Notes: a model not told the origin generated them from the sequence alone. Counted from the first letter of the stretch, positions 9,864 to 19,626 are shown. The stretch: 64,000 bases of DNA from Candidatus Actinomarina sp. (GCA_038147085.1 JAYQSV010000001.1:711214-775213); one strand, 5' to 3'. A program made the numbers and translations.

Positions 9864-10963
9864 AATTGTATTGGTTGTGTTATATCTAGATAAAATGCAG
9901 TAAAACCTAAAAAGATAAACAACAGAACAACAAATGCTGCTATTGGATAAAGTTTTTTATCTGACACCTTCTTACCAGTAACTCCTTCAAATAAAGCTAG
10001 CATTATCCTTCCGCCATCAAGTGGAACTAATGGAATTGAATTAAATACTGCAAGAAATATATTTACAAAAGCTAATAAACTAAATAAATTTACCAAACCA
10101 CTATCAGCAATTTGACTACCAGCTTGAGCTAATCCGATAGGGCTTAACGGTCTTACTTCGTCAGGTACATTCTCACCTTTATATGTACCTGCAAGTATTT
10201 GTAAATTTTCAGGACTTACTAAAGTGATAATTCCTTGAAAAGCAGCTTTCGTCATTTCTAATTCAACTTTAGTTGTTGCTGTAATTGCTTCTATTGGTTG
10301 TAATGGAGACTTAACTAAAGATGGAGAAACTCCTAAATATCCATATGATTTATCTGAAATAATCCTAGATTCAAGGGTTGTTGTAGTTATATATTTTTGA
10401 TTATTCCTAATATATCCAATGCTTACAATTTGGTTTGGATTAACTTCAATTAAACTAACTAGCTCACTCCAAGTAGATATCTCAATATTGTTAAAGGAAA
10501 TAATTTTATCTCCCGGAACCAAACCTGCTTTTTGAGATGGTGATTTTACATTTTCACTAACAACAGAATCACCTATGGTATCTATTTCTAGTGTTGGTTG
10601 CTCAACTCCATAAAAAGCAAATATGGAAAACAAAATAATCCAAGCAATTAGAAAATTAATTACTATACCAGATGATGCAATATAGAGTTTCTTTGTCCAA
10701 GAAGCATTGTGGAATAACTGATCGTCTTTAAAACCATCTGTGTTTTCATTTTCATCCATTCCTGGAATTTTTACGTAACCACCTAATAACAAAGCTTTTA
10801 ATCCATATTCTGTTCCGCCTTTAACAAAAGAAAATATTTTAGGTCCAAAACCAACAAAAAATTCAGAAACTGCAATTTTGGATCTTTTGGCAGAAATATA
10901 ATGTCCTAATTCATGCAGAACGACAAATAACGTAAGCATAAGGATTGTTAAAATTGCATTCAT
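9860..10963 (-). CDS. rseP: site-2 (M50) zinc metalloprotease RseP/Rip1
   Basis: HELGHY zinc motif, central PDZ-like region, NSIPLVPLDGG motif, multiple TM segments. Confidence 0.9.
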   Translation of the reverse strand: MNAILTILMLTLFVVLHELGHYISAKRSKIAVSEFFVGFGPKIFSFVKGGTEYGLKALLLGGYVKIPGMDENENTDGFKDDQLFHNASWTKKLYIASSGIVINFLIAWIILFSIFAFYGVEQPTLEIDTIGDSVVSENVKSPSQKAGLVPGDKIISFNNIEISTWSELVSLIEVNPNQIVSIGYIRNNQKYITTTTLESRIISDKSYGYLGVSPSLVKSPLQPIEAITATTKVELEMTKAAFQGIITLVSPENLQILAGTYKGENVPDEVRPLSPIGLAQAGSQIADSGLVNLFSLLAFVNIFLAVFNSIPLVPLDGGRIMLALFEGVTGKKVSDKKLYPIAAFVVLLFIFLGFTAFYLDITQPIQL

Positions 10964-10982
10964 ACTTTAATTATTACATTAA

Positions 10983-11900
10983 TTAAATTAAATCTAAAAA
11001 ATGTATCAGAAGTACTAGTAACGGAAATGAAAATAGTTGTGAATCTACTCTATCTAGTACTCCTCCATGACCAGGTAATAATGAGCTAGAGTCCTTTACT
11101 TCTAAACTTCGTTTTATTCTTGATTCAAAAAGATCTCCAATTGTTCCAAAGGAAATAACTAATGCTGATATTAAAAGAGATAGCCCAAAATTAATTAGTA
11201 AATATCTATTTAAAATTACGGTTAGAATCATGGAGCCAAAAATTAAGCCGGCGAAAAAACCTTCATAAGTTTTGTTTGGAGATATTTTTTGAAATAGCTT
11301 TCTTTTACCATATCTTCTTCCTATCTCGTAAGCAGCAACATCTGATATTGAAACTGAAATTAAAATTAAATAAGTAACTGAGTTACCATAGTTACTTAAA
11401 ATATATCCAATTGAAGCTAGTCCAGTACCAAACCAAATCAAAAAAAGATAAGAACTTCCAAATTTCTCATATATCCCATAACTTACAAAAGTTCCAGTAT
11501 AAATAATGACACCTAATGGAAATACAAAATATGGAACATAGAAATTAGAAAATCCATAAAAATATACAACTAATAGTGGTGCAATAGATGCATAAAGTAA
11601 TAATGGAAACGGAATTACAACTCCATATTCAAATAGATCAAACCATTCTTTAGTTGCAATTAAAGCAACTACAACTAGAAATATTAATGCAGAGTTTTTA
11701 TTTAAAAAGAATAGTGAAACTACAACTAGTAAAGCTAGTCCAGTATAAATTCTTGGGTTTTTAGTAGAGTTTTCCTTAATTTCTAATTCTTGGATTTTTT
11801 CAGATTTAGGTTTAATATCTTCAGGAATTTCTATATAACCTGGCCAAAAAGTGCCTTCATTATCAGACTGCAATAATTTTCTAAACCTCAAGTAACTCAT
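10983..11900 (-). CDS. cdsA: phosphatidate cytidylyltransferase
   Basis: SRIKRSLEVKDSSSLLPGHGGVLDRVDS signature, polytopic membrane protein, downstream of frr. Confidence 0.9.
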   Translation of the reverse strand: MSYLRFRKLLQSDNEGTFWPGYIEIPEDIKPKSEKIQELEIKENSTKNPRIYTGLALLVVVSLFFLNKNSALIFLVVVALIATKEWFDLFEYGVVIPFPLLLYASIAPLLVVYFYGFSNFYVPYFVFPLGVIIYTGTFVSYGIYEKFGSSYLFLIWFGTGLASIGYILSNYGNSVTYLILISVSISDVAAYEIGRRYGKRKLFQKISPNKTYEGFFAGLIFGSMILTVILNRYLLINFGLSLLISALVISFGTIGDLFESRIKRSLEVKDSSSLLPGHGGVLDRVDSQLFSFPLLVLLIHFLDLI

Positions 11901-12432
11901 TCTGCTTTACCAAAAGTAGCTCATCAATTTTGAGAACATATTTATCTGTTATCTCCTGTACTTTTGATTCTAATCGTTTTAACTCGTCAGCAGAATGGTC
12001 TTCTTTTAATTTAGAAATTTCGTCAATGCCAAATCTTCGATGGTTTCTTATTGATACTTTTGCATCTTCAGAGGCTTTAGATGCAACTTTTCCAAGTTCT
12101 TTCCTTCTTTCCTCTGACAATGAGGGTATAGGAATTCTAATTACTTCACCATCATTAGCTGGATTTAGCCCTATATCAGAATTCAAAATAGATTTTTCAA
12201 TCTCATTTAATGCATTTTTATCAAAAGGTTGTATCAACAAAAGCTTTGGATCTGGAACTGAAATTGTTGCTAGTTGCTGTAGTGGTGTTTTTGTCCCATA
12301 ATATTCAACATTTAATTTATCAACTAATCCTGGATTAGCTCTACCAGTTCTAATAGTTGAAAATTCGTCTATAAGATGATTGATAGTAGTCTTCATCTTC
12401 GAGTCAAGTTCGTTTAATAATTGTTCTGTCAT
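11881..12432 (-). CDS. frr: ribosome recycling factor
   Basis: 183 aa with RTGRANPGLVDKLNVEYYG and IRNHRR motifs; pyrH-frr synteny. Confidence 0.95.
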   Translation of the reverse strand: MTEQLLNELDSKMKTTINHLIDEFSTIRTGRANPGLVDKLNVEYYGTKTPLQQLATISVPDPKLLLIQPFDKNALNEIEKSILNSDIGLNPANDGEVIRIPIPSLSEERRKELGKVASKASEDAKVSIRNHRRFGIDEISKLKEDHSADELKRLESKVQEITDKYVLKIDELLLVKQNELLEV

Positions 12433-12436
12433 ATAT

Positions 12437-13138
12437 TTACTTTATTAATGTACCGATTTGCTCACCAATCAATGATTTATAAATATTGTCAGGTTTAGTA
12501 CCATCAAACACTCTTATTGACATATTGTTTTCTTCACAAAGGGTTATAGCAGTTAAGTCCATAACCTTAAGTTTTTTTTCGATAACATCTTTAAAACTGA
12601 TTTCATTAAATTTCACTGCATTTGAGTCCTTTTCAGGATCTGAATCATAAACACCATCAACTCTTGTAGATTTCAACATAATCTGTGCTTCTATTTCAGC
12701 AGCCCTTAGAGAAGCAGCAGTATCAGTTGTAAAATATGGATTACCTGTACCTGCAGCAAAAATAACTACTCTACCTTTCTCCAGATGTCTAATAGCTCTT
12801 AAACGAATGTATGGTTCAGCTACTGCCGTCATTGTAATTGCTGACTGAACTCTAGTTTGAGTACCATTTTTATCCAAAGCATCTTTTAATGCAACTGCAT
12901 TGATTACAGTTGCTAACATACCCATATAATCGGCATTTGCTTGAGCCATATTTTTTGCAGACTCTTGAACTCCACGGAAAAAATTACCTCCACCAACAAC
13001 TACACCAACTTCAATTCCATCATTGTTTGCTTTAGTTATTTCTTGAGCTATTCGTTCAATTATTTTTGGATCAATACCAAAATTTGTTTCTGGATTAGCA
13101 AAGGATTCTCCTGAAAGTTTTAGTAGAACCCTTTTCAT
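12437..13138 (-). CDS. pyrH: UMP kinase
   Basis: [19 protein letters not shown], and [13 protein letters not shown]. Confidence 0.95.
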   Translation of the reverse strand: MKRVLLKLSGESFANPETNFGIDPKIIERIAQEITKANNDGIEVGVVVGGGNFFRGVQESAKNMAQANADYMGMLATVINAVALKDALDKNGTQTRVQSAITMTAVAEPYIRLRAIRHLEKGRVVIFAAGTGNPYFTTDTAASLRAAEIEAQIMLKSTRVDGVYDSDPEKDSNAVKFNEISFKDVIEKKLKVMDLTAITLCEENNMSIRVFDGTKPDNIYKSLIGEQIGTLIK

Positions 13139-13747
13139 TTAGGCTCCAACCTCAATTCTTGAGAACTGTTTAATAAAAATTTTTTCACCAAGCTTGCCTG
13201 ACAACTCTTCAATCATTGTACTAACTTTACCTTCATAAAAATCAGGATTACAAAAAGTTTGTTCATTAAGTACATAATCTTTGTAGAAAGAATTAATTTT
13301 TCCATCTACAATTTTACTAACAACTTCTTCTGGTTTTCCTTCGTTCAAAGATTGATTTTTAATAATTTCTTTTTCTTCTTCAATGCGAGTTTCTGGTACA
13401 TCTTCAACATTTAAGTATTCAGGTTTTAAAGCTGCAATATGCATAGCTACTTGTTTTGCAACATTCTTAAATTCATCAGATTTTGCAACAAAGTCGGTTT
13501 CACAAGCAATTTCAACAAGAACCCCTGCTACAGCTCTGTCTTGTTGATAATGTATGTAATCTCCAATAGTTCCTTGATTTGCATCTTTGTCAGCTCGTTT
13601 CTTTGAATCAGCTAAACCTTTTTCTCTTAGATATTTAACAGCTTTATCAAAATCTCCATTGTTTTCAGTTAGAGCTTGTTTGGCATCCATCATGCCTGCA
13701 CCAGTCATGTCTCTAAGTTTTTTAACATCTGCTGCGGATATAGACAT
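13139..13747 (-). CDS. tsf: elongation factor Ts (short 202-aa form)
   Basis: VKKLRDMTGAGMMDAKQAL UBA-like N-terminus and CETDFVAK motif; 1-nt overlap with rpsB. Confidence 0.93.
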   Translation of the reverse strand: MSISAADVKKLRDMTGAGMMDAKQALTENNGDFDKAVKYLREKGLADSKKRADKDANQGTIGDYIHYQQDRAVAGVLVEIACETDFVAKSDEFKNVAKQVAMHIAALKPEYLNVEDVPETRIEEEKEIIKNQSLNEGKPEEVVSKIVDGKINSFYKDYVLNEQTFCNPDFYEGKVSTMIEELSGKLGEKIFIKQFSRIEVGA

Positions 13748-14457
13748 TATTTGTCCTCCTTTTTTTCAACCTCGCTTCTTTTACCAGATCCCTTTAGACA
13801 AGCATCTGCGATAGCAGAAGTAATTATTTCAATTGATCGAATCGCATCATCATTTCCAGGTATTACAATATCAACACCTTCTGGATTTACATTTGAATCT
13901 GCTAATCCAATAACTGGAATACCTAATTTTTGAGCTTCAGTAATTGCAGTTGATTCATTTCCTAAATCTACAACAAATAAAGCTTCAGGTAATTTATTGA
14001 GATTAACAATTCCTCCTAAAGATTTTTGTAGTTTTTCAATTTCTTTTCTGATTCGTAATCTTTCAGGTTTTGTATAAGCATTAATTTCACCAGTCTCTTC
14101 TAAAGAAATTAATTCTTTCAAATAAACTACTCTTTTAATTATTGTTTTAAAGTTGGTAAGCATTCCGCCTAACCATCGAAAATTAACATACGGCATACCT
14201 GCGCGTAATGCCTGCTCTTCAATGACTTGTTGAGCTTGAGGTTTTGTTCCAACAAATAGTACCTTGCCACTATTTGCTACCAACTTTTGAACATATTGTT
14301 GAGCATGCTCTATGGCATCATAAGTAATTCTTAAATCAAGAATGTGAATCCCATTTTTAGAATCATAAATATATTTGTCCATTTTTGGATTCCATCTTTG
14401 AGTTTGATGACCAAAATGTACACCTGCTTCAAGCAGGTCTTTCATAAGTGTAGACAT
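13747..14457 (-). CDS. rpsB: 30S ribosomal protein S2
   Basis: LLEAGVHFGHQTQRWNPKM and WLGGMLTNF motifs; AAGGAG Shine-Dalgarno sequence upstream. Confidence 0.96.
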   Translation of the reverse strand: MSTLMKDLLEAGVHFGHQTQRWNPKMDKYIYDSKNGIHILDLRITYDAIEHAQQYVQKLVANSGKVLFVGTKPQAQQVIEEQALRAGMPYVNFRWLGGMLTNFKTIIKRVVYLKELISLEETGEINAYTKPERLRIRKEIEKLQKSLGGIVNLNKLPEALFVVDLGNESTAITEAQKLGIPVIGLADSNVNPEGVDIVIPGNDDAIRSIEIITSAIADACLKGSGKRSEVEKKEDK

Positions 14458-14583
14458 TATTCTCCTTTGGTTATTTCATCCCATATTTCTTGCCTAAGCG
14501 GTTTCCAAACTTTCGTTCACCAAGGAAACTTGCAAATACGGTGCCTATTTTCTTTAGAAATTCTAATATAGTTAAAAACTTAA
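14458..14583 (-). promoter_or_regulatory. rpsB-tsf promoter and 5' leader, locally GC-enriched with a small hairpin
   Basis: This 126-nt non-coding gap is one of the largest in the window. GTTTCC (14501-14506) pairs with GGAAAC (14524-14529). The SD AAGGAG is the complement of 14462-14467. A regulatory role is inferred only. Confidence 0.3.
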
Positions 14584-15453
14584 TCAACCTCTTGGATGAG
14601 ATTGTCTATGCTTGTTTTTTAATTGTTTTTTTGAAACATGTGTATAAATTTGTGTTGTACTTGGATCTTTATGTCCCAGCATTTCTTGAACAATTCTTAA
14701 GTCTGCTCCCCCTTCTAGCAAATGTGTTGCAAAAGTATGTCTTATACTGTGAGGAAATGTACCAACTCTTAAACTTACAATTCTTCTTATTTCTCTATCA
14801 CTTAATTTTCCTCCTCTTACGCCTAAAAATAGATAGTTGTTACTTTTTTCATTAGATAAATTATTTCTACTGTTCAAAATATAATTATTTATTGCACTTA
14901 ATGACCGTTTAGTTATTGGAAGCACTCTCTCTTTTCTACCCTTACCTAATACTTTTACCGAATTGTTACTTTTAACATCATCAATTGATAAATCTGACAC
15001 TTCGCTTACACGTAGTCCAGATGAATACATAAGTTCTAAAATTGCTTTGTCTCTTAAATCTTTATTTGTTGATGATGGGAGTTCATCAAGTAATTTATTG
15101 ATATAGTTAGCCGTAAGAATTGATGGTAGCTTTTTATCTAATTTTAAACTTTTTGCTTTCTTAACTTCTAGCTGATTTACATAACTATTTTTTTGGCACC
15201 AAGTTAAAAATGAATTTACTGAAGTAATTTTTCTATTTATTGAAGTCTTTGAATAACCTCTTTCATTTAAGAATCTTAAATATTTTGACAGTTCTTTGTA
15301 ATTTATTTCAGATTCTAAAAATTGAGTTATATCAAAAGAATAAGAACTGATTGTATTGTTTGAATAGTTTTTAATATTTTTGAGCTCACTTAAGTATTTA
15401 ACAAGAATACTTTTATGATCACTTTTATTATTTAGATTCAAGTCTTCTTTCAA
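14584..15453 (-). CDS. xerC: tyrosine recombinase XerC/XerD family
   Basis: C-terminal [39 protein letters not shown] with catalytic R..H..R..Y, at the actinobacterial xerC position near rpsB. Confidence 0.88.
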   Translation of the reverse strand: MKEDLNLNNKSDHKSILVKYLSELKNIKNYSNNTISSYSFDITQFLESEINYKELSKYLRFLNERGYSKTSINRKITSVNSFLTWCQKNSYVNQLEVKKAKSLKLDKKLPSILTANYINKLLDELPSSTNKDLRDKAILELMYSSGLRVSEVSDLSIDDVKSNNSVKVLGKGRKERVLPITKRSLSAINNYILNSRNNLSNEKSNNYLFLGVRGGKLSDREIRRIVSLRVGTFPHSIRHTFATHLLEGGADLRIVQEMLGHKDPSTTQIYTHVSKKQLKNKHRQSHPRG

Positions 15454-16183
15454 GCCTTCTTTGCAATCCGGATAAGATTAATGTAATTATTAAATACATA
15501 ACGGTTAATACTAAATATGTCTCAGCAAATCTAAAGGTACTACCAGAATAAAGTCTACCTTTATAAGTTAGATCTTCTACAGCTAAAACTGAAAGAAGAG
15601 ATGAATCTTTCATCATAGAAATAAAATCATTTCCTAAAGCGGGAAGCATATTTCTAAATGCTTGGGGAAGAACGATAAATCTCATTATTTGTCTATCATT
15701 TAATCCAAGTGAAGCTCCTCCTTCTCTTTGACCAGAATGAACTGATTCTATTCCAGCTCTAAATACTTCGGCTATGTATGCACCGTAAAAAACTGATAAA
15801 GCAATTATTGCTCTTGCAAGCATTGGAACGTTTCCATTATTAATATTAAAGAATTCAGCACCTCTTACTACAACTACAAAAGCTATTGTAAATATAAGAA
15901 TTAATACAGGAACTCCACGTATAAATTCAATATAAGTTCTAGATAAAGTACTAGCTATTTTATTTTTTGAAATTCTTCCAATTCCTGAAATTAAACCTAA
16001 AAAAAGTGCAATAAAAAAAGAAACAATAGTAGATAAAAAAGTAAGTTTTAAACCAGGAATTATAAAATTAAAAGCTTTGTTGTACTCTGGATTTGAAAAG
16101 ATAATGTAAACCATCCAGGAAATAATGGAACCTAAAATAATTATCCACCAATTATCTGGTTTTAATAAATTTTTAATTTTCAT
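15428..16183 (-). CDS. polar amino-acid ABC transporter permease (HisM/GlnP family)
   Basis: EAA-loop region [33 protein letters not shown] and 5-6 TM segments. Confidence 0.88.
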   Translation of the reverse strand: MKIKNLLKPDNWWIIILGSIISWMVYIIFSNPEYNKAFNFIIPGLKLTFLSTIVSFFIALFLGLISGIGRISKNKIASTLSRTYIEFIRGVPVLILIFTIAFVVVVRGAEFFNINNGNVPMLARAIIALSVFYGAYIAEVFRAGIESVHSGQREGGASLGLNDRQIMRFIVLPQAFRNMLPALGNDFISMMKDSSLLSVLAVEDLTYKGRLYSGSTFRFAETYLVLTVMYLIITLILSGLQRRLERRLESK

Positions 16184-16202
16184 CTTTTTCTTATATTAAA
16201 GC

Positions 16203-16228
16203 AATAGGCACGGAAATCCGTGCCTATT
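16203..16228 (-). terminator. GC-rich perfect stem-loop between the binding-protein and permease genes (possible attenuating terminator or mRNA stabiliser)
   Basis: AATAGGCACGG (16203-16213), loop AAAT, CCGTGCCTATT (16218-16228): an 11-bp perfect stem in an AT-rich spacer. Only a weak T tract follows on the minus strand. Confidence 0.5.
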
Positions 16229-16254
16229 ACAAACTTTATGTATAAATTTAAATT

Positions 16255-17142
16255 TTATACGTCACAGTCCTCAGGAAGATATTCTGCAGGAATATTTTCG
16301 TCACATTCTGCAATATCATCGTAAGTTACTGAGAAGTCAGGTGAGAAGAACTTTGCATTAATTTCAGCAAGTTTACCGCTACTTTGCATAGCAGCTAAAC
16401 CTTGGTTTACAACATCAACTAATGGGCTTCCATTAGGAAATGCGAATCCAAGTTGTTCTGAAGTTAAATCTCCACCAACTAACTTAACTTTATCTTTATT
16501 TGCTCCCATATATCCAAGACCTGCAGTCTCATCAATAATTGATGCATCAGCATCGCCTGAAATAACAGCAGCAATAGCAAAATCAAAAGTATCAAAAGCT
16601 TTAACTTTATCTTCACCAAGTTCAGAAACTGCGAATTCATAGTTTGTAGTACCTTTTTGTACAGCAACTACATAATCACCATTCTTAATGTCGTCAATAC
16701 TTGTAATGTCAGCATTATCACTGGCTACTAATACTCTTTGTGCTAAGTTAATGTATCCATCTGAGAAATCAACAATTTCATCTCTTTCTGCAGTAATTGT
16801 GATACCGTCACCTGCGATCATAAATTGACCATCTGCAGTTGCTTGAATCATACCATCCCATGCTGTTGGAACATATACAGGGACGAAGTTCATTAATTCA
16901 GCCATATAGTTGAAAACATCATAGTCCCAACCTTTTGCAACACCATCTGCAGCGTCAATATAGTTAAATGGTAGGTATGCGTTCTCTACAGCAAATGTAA
17001 ATTCACATCCACCAAGATCTGGCAACCCATTTTCTCCTGTAGTAATTTCTACTTCATCACAAGGAGTTGCAGATCCTCCGCCACATGCAGCTGCAACTAA
17101 TGCGAGAACAAAAATCAACAGTAATGATTTTTTAGTTTTCAC
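16255..17142 (-). CDS. amino-acid ABC transporter substrate-binding lipoprotein (family 3)
   Basis: Lipobox LVAAAC after a signal peptide. Very acidic periplasmic-binding-protein-like sequence, upstream of the permease. Confidence 0.85.
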   Translation of the reverse strand: MKTKKSLLLIFVLALVAAACGGGSATPCDEVEITTGENGLPDLGGCEFTFAVENAYLPFNYIDAADGVAKGWDYDVFNYMAELMNFVPVYVPTAWDGMIQATADGQFMIAGDGITITAERDEIVDFSDGYINLAQRVLVASDNADITSIDDIKNGDYVVAVQKGTTNYEFAVSELGEDKVKAFDTFDFAIAAVISGDADASIIDETAGLGYMGANKDKVKLVGGDLTSEQLGFAFPNGSPLVDVVNQGLAAMQSSGKLAEINAKFFSPDFSVTYDDIAECDENIPAEYLPEDCDV

Positions 17143-17216
17143 GAACTAAACCTCCGTTTTCTCAAGCTATGATTATTGCATATTTATTCAAATATATGTA
17201 TATTTATACAAAATTT

Positions 17217-17972
17217 TTATTCATCTAATGTATTAGAGAAATTTCCTTGCCTTTTTTCGATAAAAGAAAGAACTCCTTCTGCAGAATCAGGATGTATAAA
17301 TCTTTTATTTTGGTTTATGGTTTCATTATCTAAAGATTCTTTAAAAGTACTGTCTAAGCCTTTTCTAATTTGATCTTTTATCATGCACATTGAAATAAAA
17401 CTTACTTTATTTAATTTTTCCAACAATAATTTAAGTTCTGTGTCTAATTGATCAGATGAACATAATTTGTAGATAAGTCCTAGTTTGTATAAATCTTCAC
17501 CATTTATTTCTTGAGCTAACATCATTAAATGCTTAGCTTTGTTCACTCCTACAAGTCTGGGAAGTATCCACGAACCGCCAAAATCAACAACAAGTCCTCT
17601 TCTGGCAAAAACTTCAATAAAACGAATATCTGGTGTAGCAATAATAAAGTCTGAAAGCAGTATAAGGTTGGATGCAGCTCCTGCTACTACTCCCTCTACT
17701 ATAGAGATAATAGGTTTTTTACATTCCCATATTTTCTTAGCTGCATTGGAAACATGTATCATTTCTGAACTAGCATTTTCACCTAAGTTTGCACCAGCTG
17801 AAAAATTATTGTTTACACTTTTAAAAACTAAATATTTTAAAGTACTTTCTTCAAAAGCTTGTATTTCTTCACTAAGCCTCATCCAATCAGATGCAGAGAT
17901 AGCGTTAAGATTATTTTCGTCATTAAATTGAATTAATTTAAACTCTTCGACATTGGTTGATTCCAAAACCAT
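17217..17972 (-). CDS. enoyl-CoA hydratase/isomerase (crotonase) family protein
   Basis: FSAGANLGE oxyanion-hole region, crotonase-length protein (251 aa). Confidence 0.8.
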   Translation of the reverse strand: MVLESTNVEEFKLIQFNDENNLNAISASDWMRLSEEIQAFEESTLKYLVFKSVNNNFSAGANLGENASSEMIHVSNAAKKIWECKKPIISIVEGVVAGAASNLILLSDFIIATPDIRFIEVFARRGLVVDFGGSWILPRLVGVNKAKHLMMLAQEINGEDLYKLGLIYKLCSSDQLDTELKLLLEKLNKVSFISMCMIKDQIRKGLDSTFKESLDNETINQNKRFIHPDSAEGVLSFIEKRQGNFSNTLDE

Positions 17973-18010
17973 ATATTAAAGTTTAATATAACTTCTTTTA
18001 GAATGTAGAT

Positions 18011-18118
18011 ATGGGATTTGATCCAAACAGACCATACAAAGCAAATAAAATTGACTATTTAAATATTATTGGGGCCTTATTGTTGATAGTAATTGTGATT
18101 ACTTGGGCATTAAGCTAA
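18011..18118 (+). CDS. candidate 35-aa single-pass membrane peptide (unannotated small ORF)
   Basis: The ATG at 18011 gives MGFDPNRPYKANKIDYLNIIGALLLIVIVITWALS (polar head plus one TM helix). It fills an otherwise empty 126-nt gap and overlaps the rnhB 3' end by 20 nt. No clear SD. Confidence 0.25.
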   Translation: MGFDPNRPYKANKIDYLNIIGALLLIVIVITWALS

Positions 18119-18686
18119 AAGATTTTCTGTGTAAATCTGTAATGCCATATTTTTTGATTGCATCTCTATGTTCTTTAGTTCCGTATCCTTTGTTTTGATA
18201 TAAATTATATACTTTATATTTATCTGGTAAATTTTTCATAAATTCATCTCTTAATACTTTTGCAACAATACTTGCTAAAGCAATTGGCAAACAATTATCT
18301 TCACCTTTTATTACTGAAACTGCATTAAATTTGTCTATCTTAAAGTGATCAACATAAACTAAGTCTTTTGATTTAAAAAGATCATTAATTGAATCTTTGA
18401 GTACTTTTTCGTTTGCTGTTTTTATACCGTATAAATCAATAGCTTTGTTAGAACACGAATTATATGAAAAATTAATGTTATTTTCTAAAACGAGATTATA
18501 AATTTCATTTCTTTTTTTCTCGGAAAGTTTTTTTGAATCCTTTATTCCATTGATTTTTTGTAAATCATAATAATTTACTCTTACAGCTGCTGCACTTATA
18601 GGACCAGCAAAAGAACCTCTACCAACTTCATCAACACCGATTATGTATTTATTAGGATCTTCTCTCCAAATTTTATCTTCAATCAT
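18099..18686 (-). CDS. rnhB: ribonuclease HII
   Basis: GVDEVGRGSFAGPI catalytic motif and DSKKLS; downstream of lepB as in actinobacteria. Confidence 0.92.
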   Translation of the reverse strand: MIEDKIWREDPNKYIIGVDEVGRGSFAGPISAAAVRVNYYDLQKINGIKDSKKLSEKKRNEIYNLVLENNINFSYNSCSNKAIDLYGIKTANEKVLKDSINDLFKSKDLVYVDHFKIDKFNAVSVIKGEDNCLPIALASIVAKVLRDEFMKNLPDKYKVYNLYQNKGYGTKEHRDAIKKYGITDLHRKSFSLMPK

Positions 18687-19263
18687 TCAGAGATTTAAAG
18701 TTATCAAATGGGAAAATAATATAGTTTGCTTTTCCAATTATATTCTCCTCAGGAATGAAACCAATATACCTAGAATCTTGACTATTTCCTCTGTTATCAC
18801 CTAATACAAATATTGATCCTTGTGGAACTTGATATATTTGGCTACTAAAATTTTTGCTCAATTGTATATTTTCAAAATTGTATAAAATTCTATTAACAAA
18901 TACCTGACCATCAGCTTTAATTTCAATTTCATCACCACTTAAACCAATAATTCTTTTTATCAATGCAGAATTTTGATAGTTATCTGTTGATTGAATATTC
19001 CAAAATTGCAGTGAATTGATAAAATCTGTATAGGGATTAGTTTCAATAATTAAATTTGGAGGGTAAAAAACTACTATATCTCCAATTTTAAATGTTTGAT
19101 CATATAATTCATTTTTTACAACAACTACCCTATCACCAATATTTAAAGTAGGTTCCATAGAAGATGATGGAATATAATAAAGTTGAAAAATAAAAGTTCT
19201 GACAAAAGTTGCTGCTACTACAGCAATAACAATAGTTAATATGGTTCTGAGTAATTTATTAAT
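18679..19263 (-). CDS. lepB: signal peptidase I (true start is non-ATG/GTG/TTG; the ATG-bounded ORF begins only at 19158)
   Basis: The ORF track starts at MEPTLNIGD. The same frame is open up to the rplS stop and encodes ...NKLLRTILTIVIAVVAATFVRTFIFQLYYIPSSSMEPTL, i.e. the TM anchor and the catalytic-Ser box. The 5' end given is the in-frame ATT at 19263; ATA at 19272 is the alternative. GDNRGNSQDSR box is present. Confidence 0.8.
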   Translation of the reverse strand: MNKLLRTILTIVIAVVAATFVRTFIFQLYYIPSSSMEPTLNIGDRVVVVKNELYDQTFKIGDIVVFYPPNLIIETNPYTDFINSLQFWNIQSTDNYQNSALIKRIIGLSGDEIEIKADGQVFVNRILYNFENIQLSKNFSSQIYQVPQGSIFVLGDNRGNSQDSRYIGFIPEENIIGKANYIIFPFDNFKSLND

Positions 19264-19281
19264 AGTTACTATTTTAGTGAA

Positions 19282-19626
19282 TTAATTACGATCTTCTTTA
19301 ATTTTGGCAGATTTACCAACTCTATCACGTAAATAATAAAGTTTTGATCTTCTTACTTTTCCTTTTCTAATTACCTCAATTGAATCAACTATTGGGGCAT
19401 GAACAGGAAAAATTCTTTCAACCCCAACTCCAAATGATAATTTTCTAACAGTAACAGTTTTGTTTATACCAACACCATTAATAGCAATTACCACACCTTC
19501 GAAAGACTGAATTCTCTCTCTGTTTCCTTCAGAAACTTTAACATTCACTTTTACAGTATCACCTGATTTGAGGGAAGGTATTTCTTCTTTTGAATATTGC
19601 TTTTCTACATCACTAATTAGATTCAT
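19282..19626 (-). CDS. rplS: 50S ribosomal protein L19
   Basis: 114 aa with [27 protein letters not shown] and RRSKLYYLR. Confidence 0.96.
   Translation of the reverse strand: MNLISDVEKQYSKEEIPSLKSGDTVKVNVKVSEGNRERIQSFEGVVIAINGVGINKTVTVRKLSFGVGVERIFPVHAPIVDSIEVIRKGKVRRSKLYYLRDRVGKSAKIKEDRN

Noticed and set aside
14541-14549. The 9-mer GTGCCTATT is shared between the rpsB leader (14541-14549) and the ABC-operon hairpin (16220-16228).
   Set aside because: A single shared 9-mer in 64 kb (both strands) is about what chance predicts, and there is no extended similarity around it.
14490-14855. 121-aa plus-strand ORF spanning the rpsB leader and the 3' part of xerC.
   Set aside because: It is antisense to xerC, whose catalytic motif region is unambiguous. 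The translation is a hydrophobic, low-complexity artefact of AT-rich sequence.
14584-15453. The tyrosine recombinase as a marker of an integrated mobile element.
   Set aside because: It has full XerC/D-type motifs and sits at the conserved actinobacterial xerC position near rpsB. It overlaps a housekeeping permease gene, and there are no flanking repeats or cargo.
16479-16667. 62-aa minus-strand ORF with an LLILLILLLLLL stretch.
   Set aside because: It is an alternative frame inside the substrate-binding-protein gene. The leucine repeat is a frame artefact of the acidic GAT/GAA-rich coding sequence.
19159-19626. Stop-codon readthrough producing an L19-LepB fusion, since lepB is in frame with rplS.
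   Set aside because: TAA is the most efficient stop, and fusing a ribosomal protein to a membrane peptidase is implausible. Near-cognate reinitiation explains the data better.
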